DNA of 64,000 nucleotides, taken from NCBI GenBank assembly GCA_013416795.1, contig RQSC01000011.1:112721-176720 (forward strand). The letters run 5' to 3'. The translations under genes and the position numbers were made by a program. The notes beneath the pieces are model-generated. The model worked only from the letters and a program-made list of their open reading frames with translations, ran no database searches and was not told where the DNA came from. The stretch is from Prasinococcaceae sp. CCMP 1430. Taxonomy: Eukaryota; Plantae; Prasinodermophyta. Below, piece after piece: positions 50,640-61,186 of the stretch (positions are counted from its first letter, which is position 1; every line of letters starts with the position of its first letter).

Positions 50640-51398
50640 TTACTCCGAGGCCTCCCCGCCAAAGCCCGCGCCCTCAGCCTGCAGGCGCTCCTCCTCCTGC
50701 CTGGCCGCCTGCTCCGCCAGCATGATGCGCTCCTTGAAGGCGGCCGCCATCTCGTGGGCCTTCTCGTACACCAGCTCCGGGTTCTTGAGCATGTCGCCGG
50801 GCGACGGCTCGAGCTTCTTCGTCGAGAGCGAGATGCGGCCGCGCTCCTTGTCCTGCGAGAGGATCATGACGCGCAGGCGGTCGCCCTGCTTGAACACGTC
50901 GTCCACCGACGACAGGCGGTCATGCGAGATCTGCGAGATGTGCAGCAGGCCGTTGGAGACGCCGAGATCGACGAAGCAGCCGTACGGCTTGACGCTCGCG
51001 ACCACGCCCTCGACAACATCCCCCACCGAAAACTCCTGAGTGCGCTGCTCGGCGAGCGCGCGGCGGTTGGAGAGCACCACACGGCCGCGGTCCTCGTCGA
51101 CCTCGAGGAACTTTAGGGGGATCTTGTTGCCCTCGAGCTCATCCGGCTTGTAGTGCGGCGACATGTGGCTCGTCGGCACGAAGCCGCGCAGGCCCTCCAC
51201 CATCACAAGCGTGCCGCCGCGGTTGGCGCTGACCACCTCGCCCTCGACCGTCGCGTCCTCGGCCATGAGCTCACGGAAGCGCGTCCAGAGCTTCTCGAAC
51301 TCGATCTTGCGGATGGAGATGACCATCATGCCATCGCGGTCGGCCTGCTGGATCACCTGGAACTCCCTCTCGTCGCCCGGCGTCATCACGTCGGCAAC
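50640..51398 (-). CDS. PRPS1: Plastid ribosomal protein S1, 3' exon (5' exons in gap)
   Basis: S1 domains ANRGGTLVMVEGLRGFVP, VKPYGCFVDLG.NGLLHISQISHDR, DKERGRISLSTKKLEPSPGDML; acceptor CCGTAG at 51399. Confidence 0.93.
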   Translation of the reverse strand, partial: VADVMTPGDEREFQVIQQADRDGMMVISIRKIEFEKLWTRFRELMAEDATVEGEVVSANRGGTLVMVEGLRGFVPTSHMSPHYKPDELEGNKIPLKFLEVDEDRGRVVLSNRRALAEQRTQEFSVGDVVEGVVASVKPYGCFVDLGVSNGLLHISQISHDRLSSVDDVFKQGDRLRVMILSQDKERGRISLSTKKLEPSPGDMLKNPELVYEKAHEMAAAFKERIMLAEQAARQEEERLQAEGAGFGGEASE

Positions 51399-51832
51399 CT
51401 ACGGCGCGGCGACGGAGGAGGATGTCTCTGTTAGCACGAGAATGCACCAGCCGCGCGTGCGGCGCACCCCAGCGCACGCAGGCGAGTGGTCGGCCAGCCA
51501 CGAGCATCGGGGCGCGGCAGGCTCGACGCGCTGGCAGCGCTTGCGGCACAGCGCGCTTGCCCTCCAAAGCGCGACCAGAGCGATGGATCAAAGCGGCAAC
51601 CGCACGTCCGGCTCAGCCAGCAGCGGGGGGGGGGGGGAGCGAGCGAGCGCGAAGGAGACCAATCCGATCGCCGAATGGCACCCGCGCCACACCGCGCCAC
51701 CAGGCGTGGGCCGCCGCCTCGTCAGGCCGGCCGCGGCGGGGCTGGCTCCGCGCCGCCGAGCAAGCCGGCAAGCGCGCCGCTGGCAAAACAAAACGGTGCA
51801 TTCGCGGGCGCGCCGCCGCAGCGGCGTAAGCG

Positions 51833-52716
51833 NNNNNNNNNNNNNNNNNNNNNNNNNNNNNNNNNNNNNNNNNNNNNNNNNNNNNNNNNNNNNNNNNNNN
51901 NNNNNNNNNNNNNNNNNNNNNNNNNNNNNNNNNNNNNNNNNNNNNNNNNNNNNNNNNNNNNNNNNNNNNNNNNNNNNNNNNNNNNNNNNNNNNNNNNNNN
52001 NNNNNNNNNNNNNNNNNNNNNNNNNNNNNNNNNNNNNNNNNNNNNNNNNNNNNNNNNNNNNNNNNNNNNNNNNNNNNNNNNNNNNNNNNNNNNNNNNNNN
52101 NNNNNNNNNNNNNNNNNNNNNNNNNNNNNNNNNNNNNNNNNNNNNNNNNNNNNNNNNNNNNNNNNNNNNNNNNNNNNNNNNNNNNNNNNNNNNNNNNNNN
52201 NNNNNNNNNNNNNNNNNNNNNNNNNNNNNNNNNNNNNNNNNNNNNNNNNNNNNNNNNNNNNNNNNNNNNNNNNNNNNNNNNNNNNNNNNNNNNNNNNNNN
52301 NNNNNNNNNNNNNNNNNNNNNNNNNNNNNNNNNNNNNNNNNNNNNNNNNNNNNNNNNNNNNNNNNNNNNNNNNNNNNNNNNNNNNNNNNNNNNNNNNNNN
52401 NNNNNNNNNNNNNNNNNNNNNNNNNNNNNNNNNNNNNNNNNNNNNNNNNNNNNNNNNNNNNNNNNNNNNNNNNNNNNNNNNNNNNNNNNNNNNNNNNNNN
52501 NNNNNNNNNNNNNNNNNNNNNNNNNNNNNNNNNNNNNNNNNNNNNNNNNNNNNNNNNNNNNNNNNNNNNNNNNNNNNNNNNNNNNNNNNNNNNNNNNNNN
52601 NNNNNNNNNNNNNNNNNNNNNNNNNNNNNNNNNNNNNNNNNNNNNNNNNNNNNNNNNNNNNNNNNNNNNNNNNNNNNNNNNNNNNNNNNNNNNNNNNNNN
52701 NNNNNNNNNNNNNNNC
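51833..52716. other. Assembly gap (N run)
   Basis: Run of N; probably contains the PRPS1 5' exons. Confidence 1.
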
Positions 52717-53242
52717 AGCCCTCGCCGCGTGCGCGCGCGCGCGCGCGCGCGACCGCCCCGCGGGGCCCGCGACACCGCGGAGTTCCAATCCCGACCCGAC
52801 GCGGCCGACCTCGTTTTATTACAATCAACTTCGCGCGGGCTTCGCGGAAAGCCGCCCCGAAATGGGAGCGAAATCCGCCGCGTCGGGCGCACGTCAAAAA
52901 GGCCGCGCGAGCGCGCGGGCGTGAGGCCACGTCGGCCGCGCGGGCGCCGCGCGCCGCCGCCATCAAAAGGCACGCGGGCGGGAACGCCTGCGTGCGCGCT
53001 GATACGGGCGGGGGAAAATGCATGCGAAGTGACGGACGCAACGTTTTCCGTGCTGGAGGGTGTTTGTAGGGCACATCGCAGGCGCGGCCGCGGCCGCACA
53101 CGGGTTCGGAATGCACTGCCAAGCGTCAAGCGTTTAGGTTAGGGAGGATTTTGAGCTGCATGTTGGGGTTTGAGAGAGAGGGTCCATCACAGGCGCCGCT
53201 ATGGTGCGATTTGATATGTCAGCCGTGCGGCGTGTGAACGCG

Positions 53243-53267
53243 GTCGCCCGTGGGTATAGGACAGGTT
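53243..53267 (+). promoter_or_regulatory. Shared 25-mer, copy 2
   Basis: 23/25 identical to 16988..17012. Confidence 0.5.
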
Positions 53268-53581
53268 AAAATGGATGTTGTGCGTTGGCGAGGCGAGCGG
53301 GCGCGGCGGCGCCGCGCGCTGCTAACGGCGGCGCCGGCGCCGGAGGCCGCCGCCGCCGCGCCCGCGCGCTCGCTCCCGACCTCGGCGACCGCCATTATGG
53401 GTCCGGTCAGGGGCTGCACACGCCGGTGAGGGGGGGGAGGGGAGAGGCGGTGGGGGAGGGGGGAGGGGCGGTAGCGGCGCTGTGTGGTAACCTCTCGCCA
53501 CCCCGGCCTGCTGCGCGCGGGCGGGTGGATAAGCATAGTCTGCCCACACAGGCACCTCCAGCTCCGCCTCGGCCGCCCGCG

Positions 53582-53611
53582 GCCATCAAACGCCATCAAA
53601 CGCCATCAAAC
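53582..53611 (+). repeat. (GCCATCAAAC)3 tandem repeat containing the CCATCAAA/TTTGATGG promoter word
   Basis: Directly visible; the same 8-mer recurs singly in other promoters. Confidence 0.85.
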
Positions 53612-53736
53612 GCGCATGCGCGCGCGCGCCGTGGTCAAAAACGCATGCGCCGCGCGGCCTCGCTCGCCCGGGCTTTTTTTTTTTTTTTTGGCGGTTCGAG
53701 CTCGGTTCCGGTTCCGGCCCTTCGAGGGGAGGGGGG

Positions 53737-54289
53737 ATGCGGAAATCGCACGCAAAAATCAAAACAAAAATCAAAATCAAAATCAAAATCAAAATCAAAA
53801 AATATCGAAGGCAGAGTCAGATCAGAGTCCGCGGAGGGGAATTCGTATCAAGGGCCATTCGGGCGCCTCCCCCCCCCCCCCCGAAAACGGCACCGCGAGG
53901 GTCGCGCGCGCGCGCGCCGCGCGCATGCTCGGGCGGGCGGGGCAGGAAAAGGAGGAGGCCGACGCCGAGGCTGGCGCTAACGACGCGGCCGCCGGGCGGC
54001 GCGGCGGCAAAACCCGAGGTCATCAGGGCGCCCGTGGCCGTCGCGGCCGCTCCCGCCGGCGGCTCGGGGCAGGGCTCGCCGCCGTGGCTCGCGCCAGGCA
54101 ATCCCCCCAAGGCGGCGCCCAAGCTTGCGGCGGGCGAAGTTGCGGCGGGCGAAGTTGCGGCGGGCAAGCTTGGGGCGGGCAAGCTTGCGGGGGGCGGGCG
54201 AGAGGCCGCCGGAGAGGCTGCCAAGGAGGGTGGGGGCGCGGCGATCGCCTCGAGTCGCCCCCCCGGGCGGCGGCGACGACGCGTCATCG

Positions 54290-54343
<54 letters not shown>

Positions 54344-56268
54344 GCAGCTCCTCCTCGGGCGGCGGCGACGAGGGCAGCAGCGGCCTGCCGCCGTGGGCGT
54401 GGAAGGCCGGCGTGGCGCTCGCGCTGGCGCTGGTCGCGTGGCAGCAGGAGCTCCCCAAGCAGCTCGTGGCGACGAAGCGCATCATCGCCTTCAAGAAGCG
54501 CACCAAGGCGGTGTTCAAGAAGACCGGCGGGCAGTACCAGATCCCCGAGTACTTCGCGAGCGTCGTGGCGAAGCACGGCGACAAGGTGGCGTACGTCATG
54601 GGCGGGCGCGAGGTGACGTACCGCGAGGTGGACGAGTACTCCAACCGCGTGGCGCGCTGGGCCGCCGAGGACGCCAAGATCCCCGTGGGCGCGACGGTGG
54701 CGCTGGTGGCGTACAACTCGCCCGAGTTCGTGGGCTTCTGGCTGGGGATGGCCAAGGCGGGCTGCAAGACGGCGCTGATCAACACCAACCTCGCGGGGAA
54801 GCCGCTCGCGCACTGCCTGCGCGTGGCCTTCGACAACAACGACAAGGACGCGGACAGCGTCGTCGTTGTGAGCCCCGAGCTCGCCGACAAGGTGGGCAAG
54901 GTCCGCGGCCAGATCGGCGGGGCGCGGCTCTTCGCGCTCTCCGGCGAGGCCGCGCAGGCCGGCGCCAAGCCGCTCGGCGAGGCGCTGGCCAAGCTGCCCG
55001 CGTCGGCGCCCCCCGACCGCCGCACCTCCAAGGCCTTCAAGGACGTGCTCTTCTACATCTACACCAGCGGCACGACGGGCCTGCCCAAGGCGGCCAAGAT
55101 CACCCACCAGCGGTTCTACATGGGCGCCGTCGGGTGCAAGGAGCTCTACAACATCACCCCCAAGGACAAGTACTACTGCGCGCTGCCGCTCTACCACAGC
55201 GCGGGCGGTATCCTCGCCGTGGGCTCGTCGTGGGAGTGCGGCATCCCCTGCGTGCTGCGCCCCAAGTTCAGCGCGAGCAACTTCATCAAGGACTGCCGCG
55301 ACAACGGCTGCACGGTCGCGCAGTACATCGGCGAGCTCTGCCGCTACCTCATGCAGACGCCCACCTCGCCCATCGACCGCGACCACAAGCTGCGCCTCGT
55401 CGTGGGCAACGGCATGCGCCCCGACGTGTGGACGCCCTTCATGGAGCGCTTCGGCATCAAGGCGGTCGGCGAGTTCTACGCCGCCACCGAGGGCAACGCC
55501 AACGTCTTCAACTTCGGCCTGCCGTGCCCGGCGGGCACCATCGGCTACCTGCCGGGCATCATCCGCGCGATCTACCCCGTCAAATTCTTCGCCATCGACC
55601 AGATCACCGAGGAGCTCGAGCGGGACCCCAAGACGGGCCTCTGCCGCGAGGTCAAGCCAGGCGAGCGCGGCGAGGCCATGGGTCTCATCACCAGCGATCC
55701 GGACCGCCAATTCGATGGCTACACGAACAAGGCCGCCACCAAGAAGAAGATCGCCGAGAACTGCGCCAAGCAGGGCGATCAGTGGTTCCGCACCGGCGAC
55801 CTGCTGCGCATGGACTCCAAGGGCAACGTCTTCTTCTGCGACCGCCTGGGCGACACCTTCCGCTGGAAGGGCGAGAACGTGGCCACCACTGAGGTGCAGG
55901 AGGCCATCTCGGGGGCGCGCGGCGTCTCGGAGGTGAACGTGTACGGCGTGCTTGTGCCCAAGTGCGACGGCCGCGCGGGCATGGCATCGCTGGTCGTCGA
56001 CGGCAAGCCCGAGAGCTTCGACTTCAGCGGACTGTACAAGGCCGCTCAGGAGCTGCCCGCGTACGCGCGCCCGCTCTTCGTCCGGACCGTGCCGTCGGTG
56101 GAAATCACCGGCACGCTCAAGCACAAGAAGGTCGACCTGCGCAACCAGGGCTTCGACCCGAACGCCATCGACGACCAGCTCTTCTTCAAGGACGATGTCA
56201 AGAAGACGTACGTGCCGCTGACGCCCGAGCTCTACACTAAGATCGCCTCGGGCGAGATCAGGGTGTGA
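53737..56268 (+). CDS. FATP: FATP/SLC27-type very-long-chain acyl-CoA synthetase / fatty acid transport protein; true start uncertain (conserved part from ~54400)
   Basis: AMP-binding FYIYTSGTTGLPKAA, PLYHSAG, VAQYIGELCRYL, GNGMRPDVW, EFYAATEGN, WFRTGDLL, FATP signature DRLGDTFRWKGENVATTEV, YGVLVP..DGRAGMA. Confidence 0.93.
53754..53802 (+). repeat. (AAAATC)n hexamer array
   Basis: Directly visible; two units also at ~35875..35886. Confidence 0.85.
54121..54195 (+). repeat. Five 15-nt units encoding KLAAG/EVAAG/EVAAG/KLGAG/KLAGG
   Basis: Directly visible in the FATP N-terminal extension. Confidence 0.85.
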
Positions 56269-56577
56269 GGCCCGACAGCGAATGACGAGCGCGCCGGAGC
56301 GTCGACCGCTCCCGAACGCCTCAGCCTCGAGGAGGCGCGTGGGAAGGCTCGCGCCGCGAGGCGGCGGCCGTGCTCTCCGAGCCGCTGTGCAGCAGCACGC
56401 AATGTGATTAACGCCATCCTTACGGTGGACTTCAGTGCGACGCTGCCGTCCACGCGCGCCGCCACGCTGCGCTGCGCTGCGCTGTGCGCTGGGCTGTGCG
56501 CTGCGCGCGCGCCCCCTCCCCTGCGTGGCCGCATGGGTGTCGCCTCCGCCAGGCCAGCATCGCAGCCCCCGTCCCCG

Positions 56578-58695
56578 CTAGCTGAAGGAGATCTTGGCAG
56601 GCGTGGGCGCCAAAGTGCCGTGCCGGCCCTTGGCGAACTCAGATCGCCGCAACCGCCGCTCAGCCTCGGATGAGTGACCTCCCGAGCCGCGGCGCACCGA
56701 CTGCGGGAGGCTACTGAGTCCCGGACTGGGGGGTGCCCAGAGCCTCTCGCCCGGGGAAGGCGTGGCGCCCACGCGCAGCGCGCCCTGGTGCACTTGGCCA
56801 TCCCCGCGGGTGTCAAAGAGAGCGACGGCCGCGACGGCGGCGGCGCACACGAAGGGATGGCTGGCCGCGAGCGCGCGAGCGCACACGCCCGAGACGGCGT
56901 CCGCCGTCATGGTCGAAGCAGAAATGGGGCCGAGAAGCTCCTTCTCTGCGACTGCATCGTGGAGCTCAGCGAGCGCCTCCTCACGATTCTCCTGCGCATA
57001 CTCGATGATCTCGAGCGCGCACGCGAGCGTGCAGGCGTCGCCCGCGGTGTGTACGACTGCCGCCAGCCACTCCAACGCCCCCTCTGCGTGCTTCCCGGGC
57101 GATGCGAGTCGGCGCGCAGCGGCCACAGCTCCGTCCATACCCCCAGCAGTACACGAGGCGCCGTCCGTCGCGACTCTCACGCGTAAATCTTGCGTGAGTC
57201 TCGCGACCGCCGACGGCGCCCCGCCCGCGTGCGCGGGCGTCGTCGGTGCGCGCTTCGCCGCGGACCGCGGGGTCGCGTGCTGCCGCAGCGCCTCGCGCAC
57301 AGCGCGGCGCGCTGAGGTAACTGGGCTCTCTGTATACACCAGCACTCCTCGCGAGCGCGTCGGCGTCACGAAACCGCCCTGCAGGTCGGCACCACCCCGC
57401 ACCGTCGAGAGTGCCGATGGGCGGACCCGCACGCGAGAGCGCCACCACATCCAGTTCGCGATCGCCAGCACTGCTACCAAGCATGGCACCCAGCCGCCTG
57501 CAATCCACGCGTCGTGTATGAGGTTCAGAGGCACCCTCGCAGTCCAGTGCAACGGCGGCTCCACGACCGGCGGAGCCGGCACGAGCGCATCGCGCGCCGC
57601 GCGCGCGAGCAGCAGGGCGAGCGGCGCGGCCGGGACGGCGAGCGACATGCCGGCACCGCCGGCGCCGCCGCCCGCCGCACTCGCAAGCACGGCCGCGGAA
57701 GCGCGTGCTGCGCGCCACGTCGCCATGGCCGCGTCGCCTCCGTCCGTCAGGGACCCCTCGCCATCGGCCGCCGCGCCCTGCTCCTGCTCGTCGCCCCCGC
57801 CTAGCCTCGCGCCGCCCGCTCCCTCGTCGCCTCCGCCGCCGCCCGTGGCTGGCGTCGACGCAGCCACGGCGGCACACACGCGCAGGCCGAGCGCGGTGTC
57901 GTCAAGCGAAGTGGCGCCGCCGACGCCAGAGTCCTCGCGCGCCGGACCACTGCAGGGCGGGGCGTCCGTGCCACTCGCGGCGGCGACGCCTAGACGGCAC
58001 GCCGCGACCATTGCCACGCCAGCGGCGTGGTGCGCCTCGCGCGTGACGCAAGCCGCGTCGCTCTGCAGCACGTTGCACAAGCTGCTGACGATCTCCCTGC
58101 CGCTGGCGTTGAGCCGGGGCGGCGCCACGCCCTGCGGCGCGTCGAGGAAGGCCCTCGCGTTTCGCTGCAACAGCGGGACCGCGTTCTGCAGGGCGGCCTC
58201 GCACATCTCCGCGTCGCCGGCCGTCGACGAGCCGGCGGCGGCCCGCCTGAGCGTCCCACGAGCGATGCGCACCATCGCACACACGGCAGCACCGGCGCAC
58301 TCGCGCAGCGCGGCGTCGGCCATCGCCCCTGCCGTGCGCTCGCCGAGGCTGCCCACGCAGTGCACCAGCTCGGCGGCCGTCGCCGGCGAGGACACGCCTC
58401 CACGCTCGAGGGCATCCGTCCCCGCCTGCACGCCCGCGGCGAGCTCCAATGCTGCGGCCGCGCGGCACGGTTCGGGCATCGCGCTTGCCACCCTGATGCA
58501 CTCGCGGTGGAGCGGCCGGCTCTCCGGGACGAGCATGAGCGCGCCGCAGAGGCGCGCACACTCGAGCGCGGCCGCGCCGCCGGCCTCGCCCTCCCCGCCG
58601 GCCCGGAGCGCCTCGCCTGCCACCCGCAGCGCACCCACCTGTTCGGCGCACGTCGGCATTTCCGCGATGGCCACCAGCGCCTCCGCCGCGCGCAT
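56578..58695 (-). CDS. Hypothetical protein: THADA/Trm732-like N-terminal helical region joined to a membrane-anchored C-terminal region
   Basis: ARLCGALMLVPESRPLHRECIRVAS recalls the THADA N-terminal 'SRPLHR' motif; later a TM helix (GGWVPCLVAVLAIANWMWW); no DUF2428 seen. Confidence 0.45.
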   Translation of the reverse strand: MRAAEALVAIAEMPTCAEQVGALRVAGEALRAGGEGEAGGAAALECARLCGALMLVPESRPLHRECIRVASAMPEPCRAAAALELAAGVQAGTDALERGGVSSPATAAELVHCVGSLGERTAGAMADAALRECAGAAVCAMVRIARGTLRRAAAGSSTAGDAEMCEAALQNAVPLLQRNARAFLDAPQGVAPPRLNASGREIVSSLCNVLQSDAACVTREAHHAAGVAMVAACRLGVAAASGTDAPPCSGPAREDSGVGGATSLDDTALGLRVCAAVAASTPATGGGGGDEGAGGARLGGGDEQEQGAAADGEGSLTDGGDAAMATWRAARASAAVLASAAGGGAGGAGMSLAVPAAPLALLLARAARDALVPAPPVVEPPLHWTARVPLNLIHDAWIAGGWVPCLVAVLAIANWMWWRSRVRVRPSALSTVRGGADLQGGFVTPTRSRGVLVYTESPVTSARRAVREALRQHATPRSAAKRAPTTPAHAGGAPSAVARLTQDLRVRVATDGASCTAGGMDGAVAAARRLASPGKHAEGALEWLAAVVHTAGDACTLACALEIIEYAQENREEALAELHDAVAEKELLGPISASTMTADAVSGVCARALAASHPFVCAAAVAAVALFDTRGDGQVHQGALRVGATPSPGERLWAPPSPGLSSLPQSVRRGSGGHSSEAERRLRRSEFAKGRHGTLAPTPAKISFS

Positions 58696-58725
58696 GGCGG
58701 CCTGCGCGCGCTGCTCCCCCTCGCC

Positions 58726-58782
58726 NNNNNNNNNNNNNNNNNNNNNNNNNNNNNNNNNNNNNNNNNNNNNNNNNNNNNNNNN
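58726..58782. other. Assembly gap (N run); single-N joins also at 22870, 37576, 49075
   Basis: Run of N. Confidence 1.
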
Positions 58783-59101
58783 CGCTGCGCGCGTGCGCGC
58801 CGCGCACCCGCGCGTCGCCTGCGCGGCGCGCAGCAGCGGCCTGCGTTTTTTGGGTTGAAATTCTCGAGAAATGCGGGCGGAAAAAAGCGGGCGGCCGGCG
58901 CCCGCTGCGCCCTCGCCCCTGCTCGAGCTCGCCCACGCTCGCGCGCATGCTCCCGCTAACAGCTGTCGCCGCCTCCTACCCCCCCCCCCCTCCTCCCCTC
59001 CCCTTCCCACCCCCGTGCTCACGCTCACGCTCTCACCCCCTCGGCTGGTCGCCCGCTGTACCCGCCAACGCGCTCGCGGGTGACCGCCCCCGGACGAGCA
59101 G

Positions 59102-61021
59102 GCGCTGAACGCCGTGCCCGCGTTCCGGCAATACATGCTCTCGAAGGAGACGGTCGCGCTTGTTGCGCGTGCGCGCAAGCTGCGCGGCCTGCAGGAGCAG
59201 GCGCCGGCGGCGGCGGCGCTGCGCATCGGGGGGGCGCGCGAGGGCGGGGGCAGCGACGGGATGAGCGCGTTCCGCGGCGGGGCGGCGCCGTCGCTCCGCA
59301 CGCGGCGCGGCGCGGCGGCGATGGCCGAGGCATTGGCGGTTGGCAAGGCCGAACCGATCGCGGCGGAGGTGCAGGCGCTCCTCGAGGCCATCTGGAGCGG
59401 GCGCGAGTCGGTGTACGACCCCATGGACCTGCTGCGTTCCGTGTGGACTGCGCTGCCGCACTTCGCCGGACGAAACCAGGAGCAAGACGCGCACGAGTTT
59501 CTGCAGTGCGCGCTGGATGCCATCAGCAGGGAGCTGCGTGGGGAGACCTCCACGGGGTCAAAACGGCCGCACTCGGAGCTCGAGCCCGGGATCCAGGTGG
59601 TGGATCTCACCGGCGAGGGGGTCGCGCGCCTGCCCGTGATCGTGCCGGCGCCGCGCGGGCGCGTGGGAGCCGTCGATGGGATGGACGCCTTTGGCGCCGA
59701 TGCGGGCGAGGATGAGGCGCTCGCAGGTGAGGAGGGCTTCATCGTGACCTCGCGCTGGGGGCCCAAGCGACACGCGCCCGGGTGCGTGTGCCGCAGCTGC
59801 AAGCGTCAGAGACGAGAGCTCCGAGCGGCCACAAAGGCGGCCGCTGGCGCGCTCGCCGCGGCCTCGACGCCCCTGCGCCCGCCCCAGAAGCCCCGCACAA
59901 CTCCCACGCGTAGGCTGCTGCCGTCCACCAGGCCCATCGCGCCGCCCGTGCCTCCCGTGGACCCCGCCATACCGGGGGCTCTGGAGCAGAAACCGACCCT
60001 CGCACCTCCGTCCGCGCCGAGGCGAGTGCCTCATGCGATGGAGAGCACCCCACCGCCGCCGTTCGCCGCCAAGCTGCGGGCCAAGGCCACGACCACGCCA
60101 CCGCTGTCTCCCACTCCGCGACGCGATCCCATGTTCGCCCTATTCGGCGGCGTCATCCTCAGTCGCACGCGCTGCCGCCACTGTGGGGCCACTACCGAAA
60201 ACCGCGAGCCCTTCACGGACCTGAGCATACCCATCCCGCGGGCGATGCGCGCGCCGAGCGCATGCAGCGGGGACACCCTCAACAGCGGCGCGGCCGGCGG
60301 CATCGGCGGCGGCCTGGCCGCCGACGCCGTCGCCAACATCAACCGCGGCGGGGCCGACGCCACGCTGGGGGGTGTCGCCCTGGAGGCCTGCCTGCGCGCC
60401 TTCTCGAGCAGCGAGGAGCTCGGCGGCGTGCACGGCTACGCCTGCAGCCAGTGCGGCAGCAGCAGCGCCACCAAGGAGACGGAGATCGTCGAGCTCCCGC
60501 AGATCCTCTGCCTGCACCTCAAGCGCTTCGAGTGCATCCCGAGTATGGGTGGTGGCGGAGCGGCTCCTACCGAGACCGCGGGAGACGAGGCGAATGGCGC
60601 AGGCGGGAGCGGCGAGGCAGGCGACCAGAGCGGAGGCGGCGACGGCGCCAGCCGCGGCGACTCCGGCGGTGGCGGCAACGTCATCAGCGGCAGCGGCGGG
60701 GGGGCGGCGCTCGGGGGCGTGATCGACAAGATCGACACCGCGGTGACCTTCCCGCTCTCGGGGCTGGACGTCGCCCCGCACACGAACAGCGAGCGGCTCA
60801 AGCAGCGCAGCACGGTGTACGACCTGTGCGCGGTGATCAAGCACCACGGCGAGCGCGCCGACAGCGGACATTACACCGCCATGGCGCACAACACGAGCAC
60901 ACGCCAGTGGCTGTCGTTCAACGACCACAAGATCGAGGAGTGCCGCGCCGCGGACGCCGAGAACGCCACCCGCAGCTACATATTCTTCTACTCGCGCAGG
61001 GCGGATGACCGCGGCGCCTGA
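59102..61021 (+). CDS. Ubiquitin-specific protease (C19 family), 3' exon; Cys-box exon not found
   Basis: Acceptor CAG|ALNAVPAFRQY; QEQDAHEFL, CRHCG...EPFTDLSIP, LEACL..F...EEL, CSQC, LPQILCLHLKRF, His box YDLCAVIKHHG...SGHYTA...WLSFND. Confidence 0.88.
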   Translation, partial: ALNAVPAFRQYMLSKETVALVARARKLRGLQEQAPAAAALRIGGAREGGGSDGMSAFRGGAAPSLRTRRGAAAMAEALAVGKAEPIAAEVQALLEAIWSGRESVYDPMDLLRSVWTALPHFAGRNQEQDAHEFLQCALDAISRELRGETSTGSKRPHSELEPGIQVVDLTGEGVARLPVIVPAPRGRVGAVDGMDAFGADAGEDEALAGEEGFIVTSRWGPKRHAPGCVCRSCKRQRRELRAATKAAAGALAAASTPLRPPQKPRTTPTRRLLPSTRPIAPPVPPVDPAIPGALEQKPTLAPPSAPRRVPHAMESTPPPPFAAKLRAKATTTPPLSPTPRRDPMFALFGGVILSRTRCRHCGATTENREPFTDLSIPIPRAMRAPSACSGDTLNSGAAGGIGGGLAADAVANINRGGADATLGGVALEACLRAFSSSEELGGVHGYACSQCGSSSATKETEIVELPQILCLHLKRFECIPSMGGGGAAPTETAGDEANGAGGSGEAGDQSGGGDGASRGDSGGGGNVISGSGGGAALGGVIDKIDTAVTFPLSGLDVAPHTNSERLKQRSTVYDLCAVIKHHGERADSGHYTAMAHNTSTRQWLSFNDHKIEECRAADAENATRSYIFFYSRRADDRGA

Positions 61022-61186
61022 CGCCGCGGCTGCGGGCGTCTGTGTGCTGCTGCATGCTGCCGCATGCTGCTGTGCGCTGCTGTGTGCGACGGGGCCTCCC
61101 GCGACCAGCCGCTGGCAGGCATGCGTAATATGTTCTTCAAAAAATTTTCTTCAGCTCGGCCACCGCACCTTGGCACATGCGCGCGC

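Noticed and set aside
40123-54195. Tandem repeats as possible CRISPR-like arrays
   Set aside because: Units are contiguous with no unique spacers, are in-frame coding repeats or microsatellites, and the DNA is eukaryotic with no cas genes.
53977-56124. Long antisense ORFs (e.g. 53977..56124 -, 17074..19077 -, 41929..44124 +, 7778..9616 +, 27632..29782 -)
   Set aside because: Shadow frames of real genes caused by very high GC3 (few antisense stops); Arg/Ala/Gly-rich with no domain motifs.
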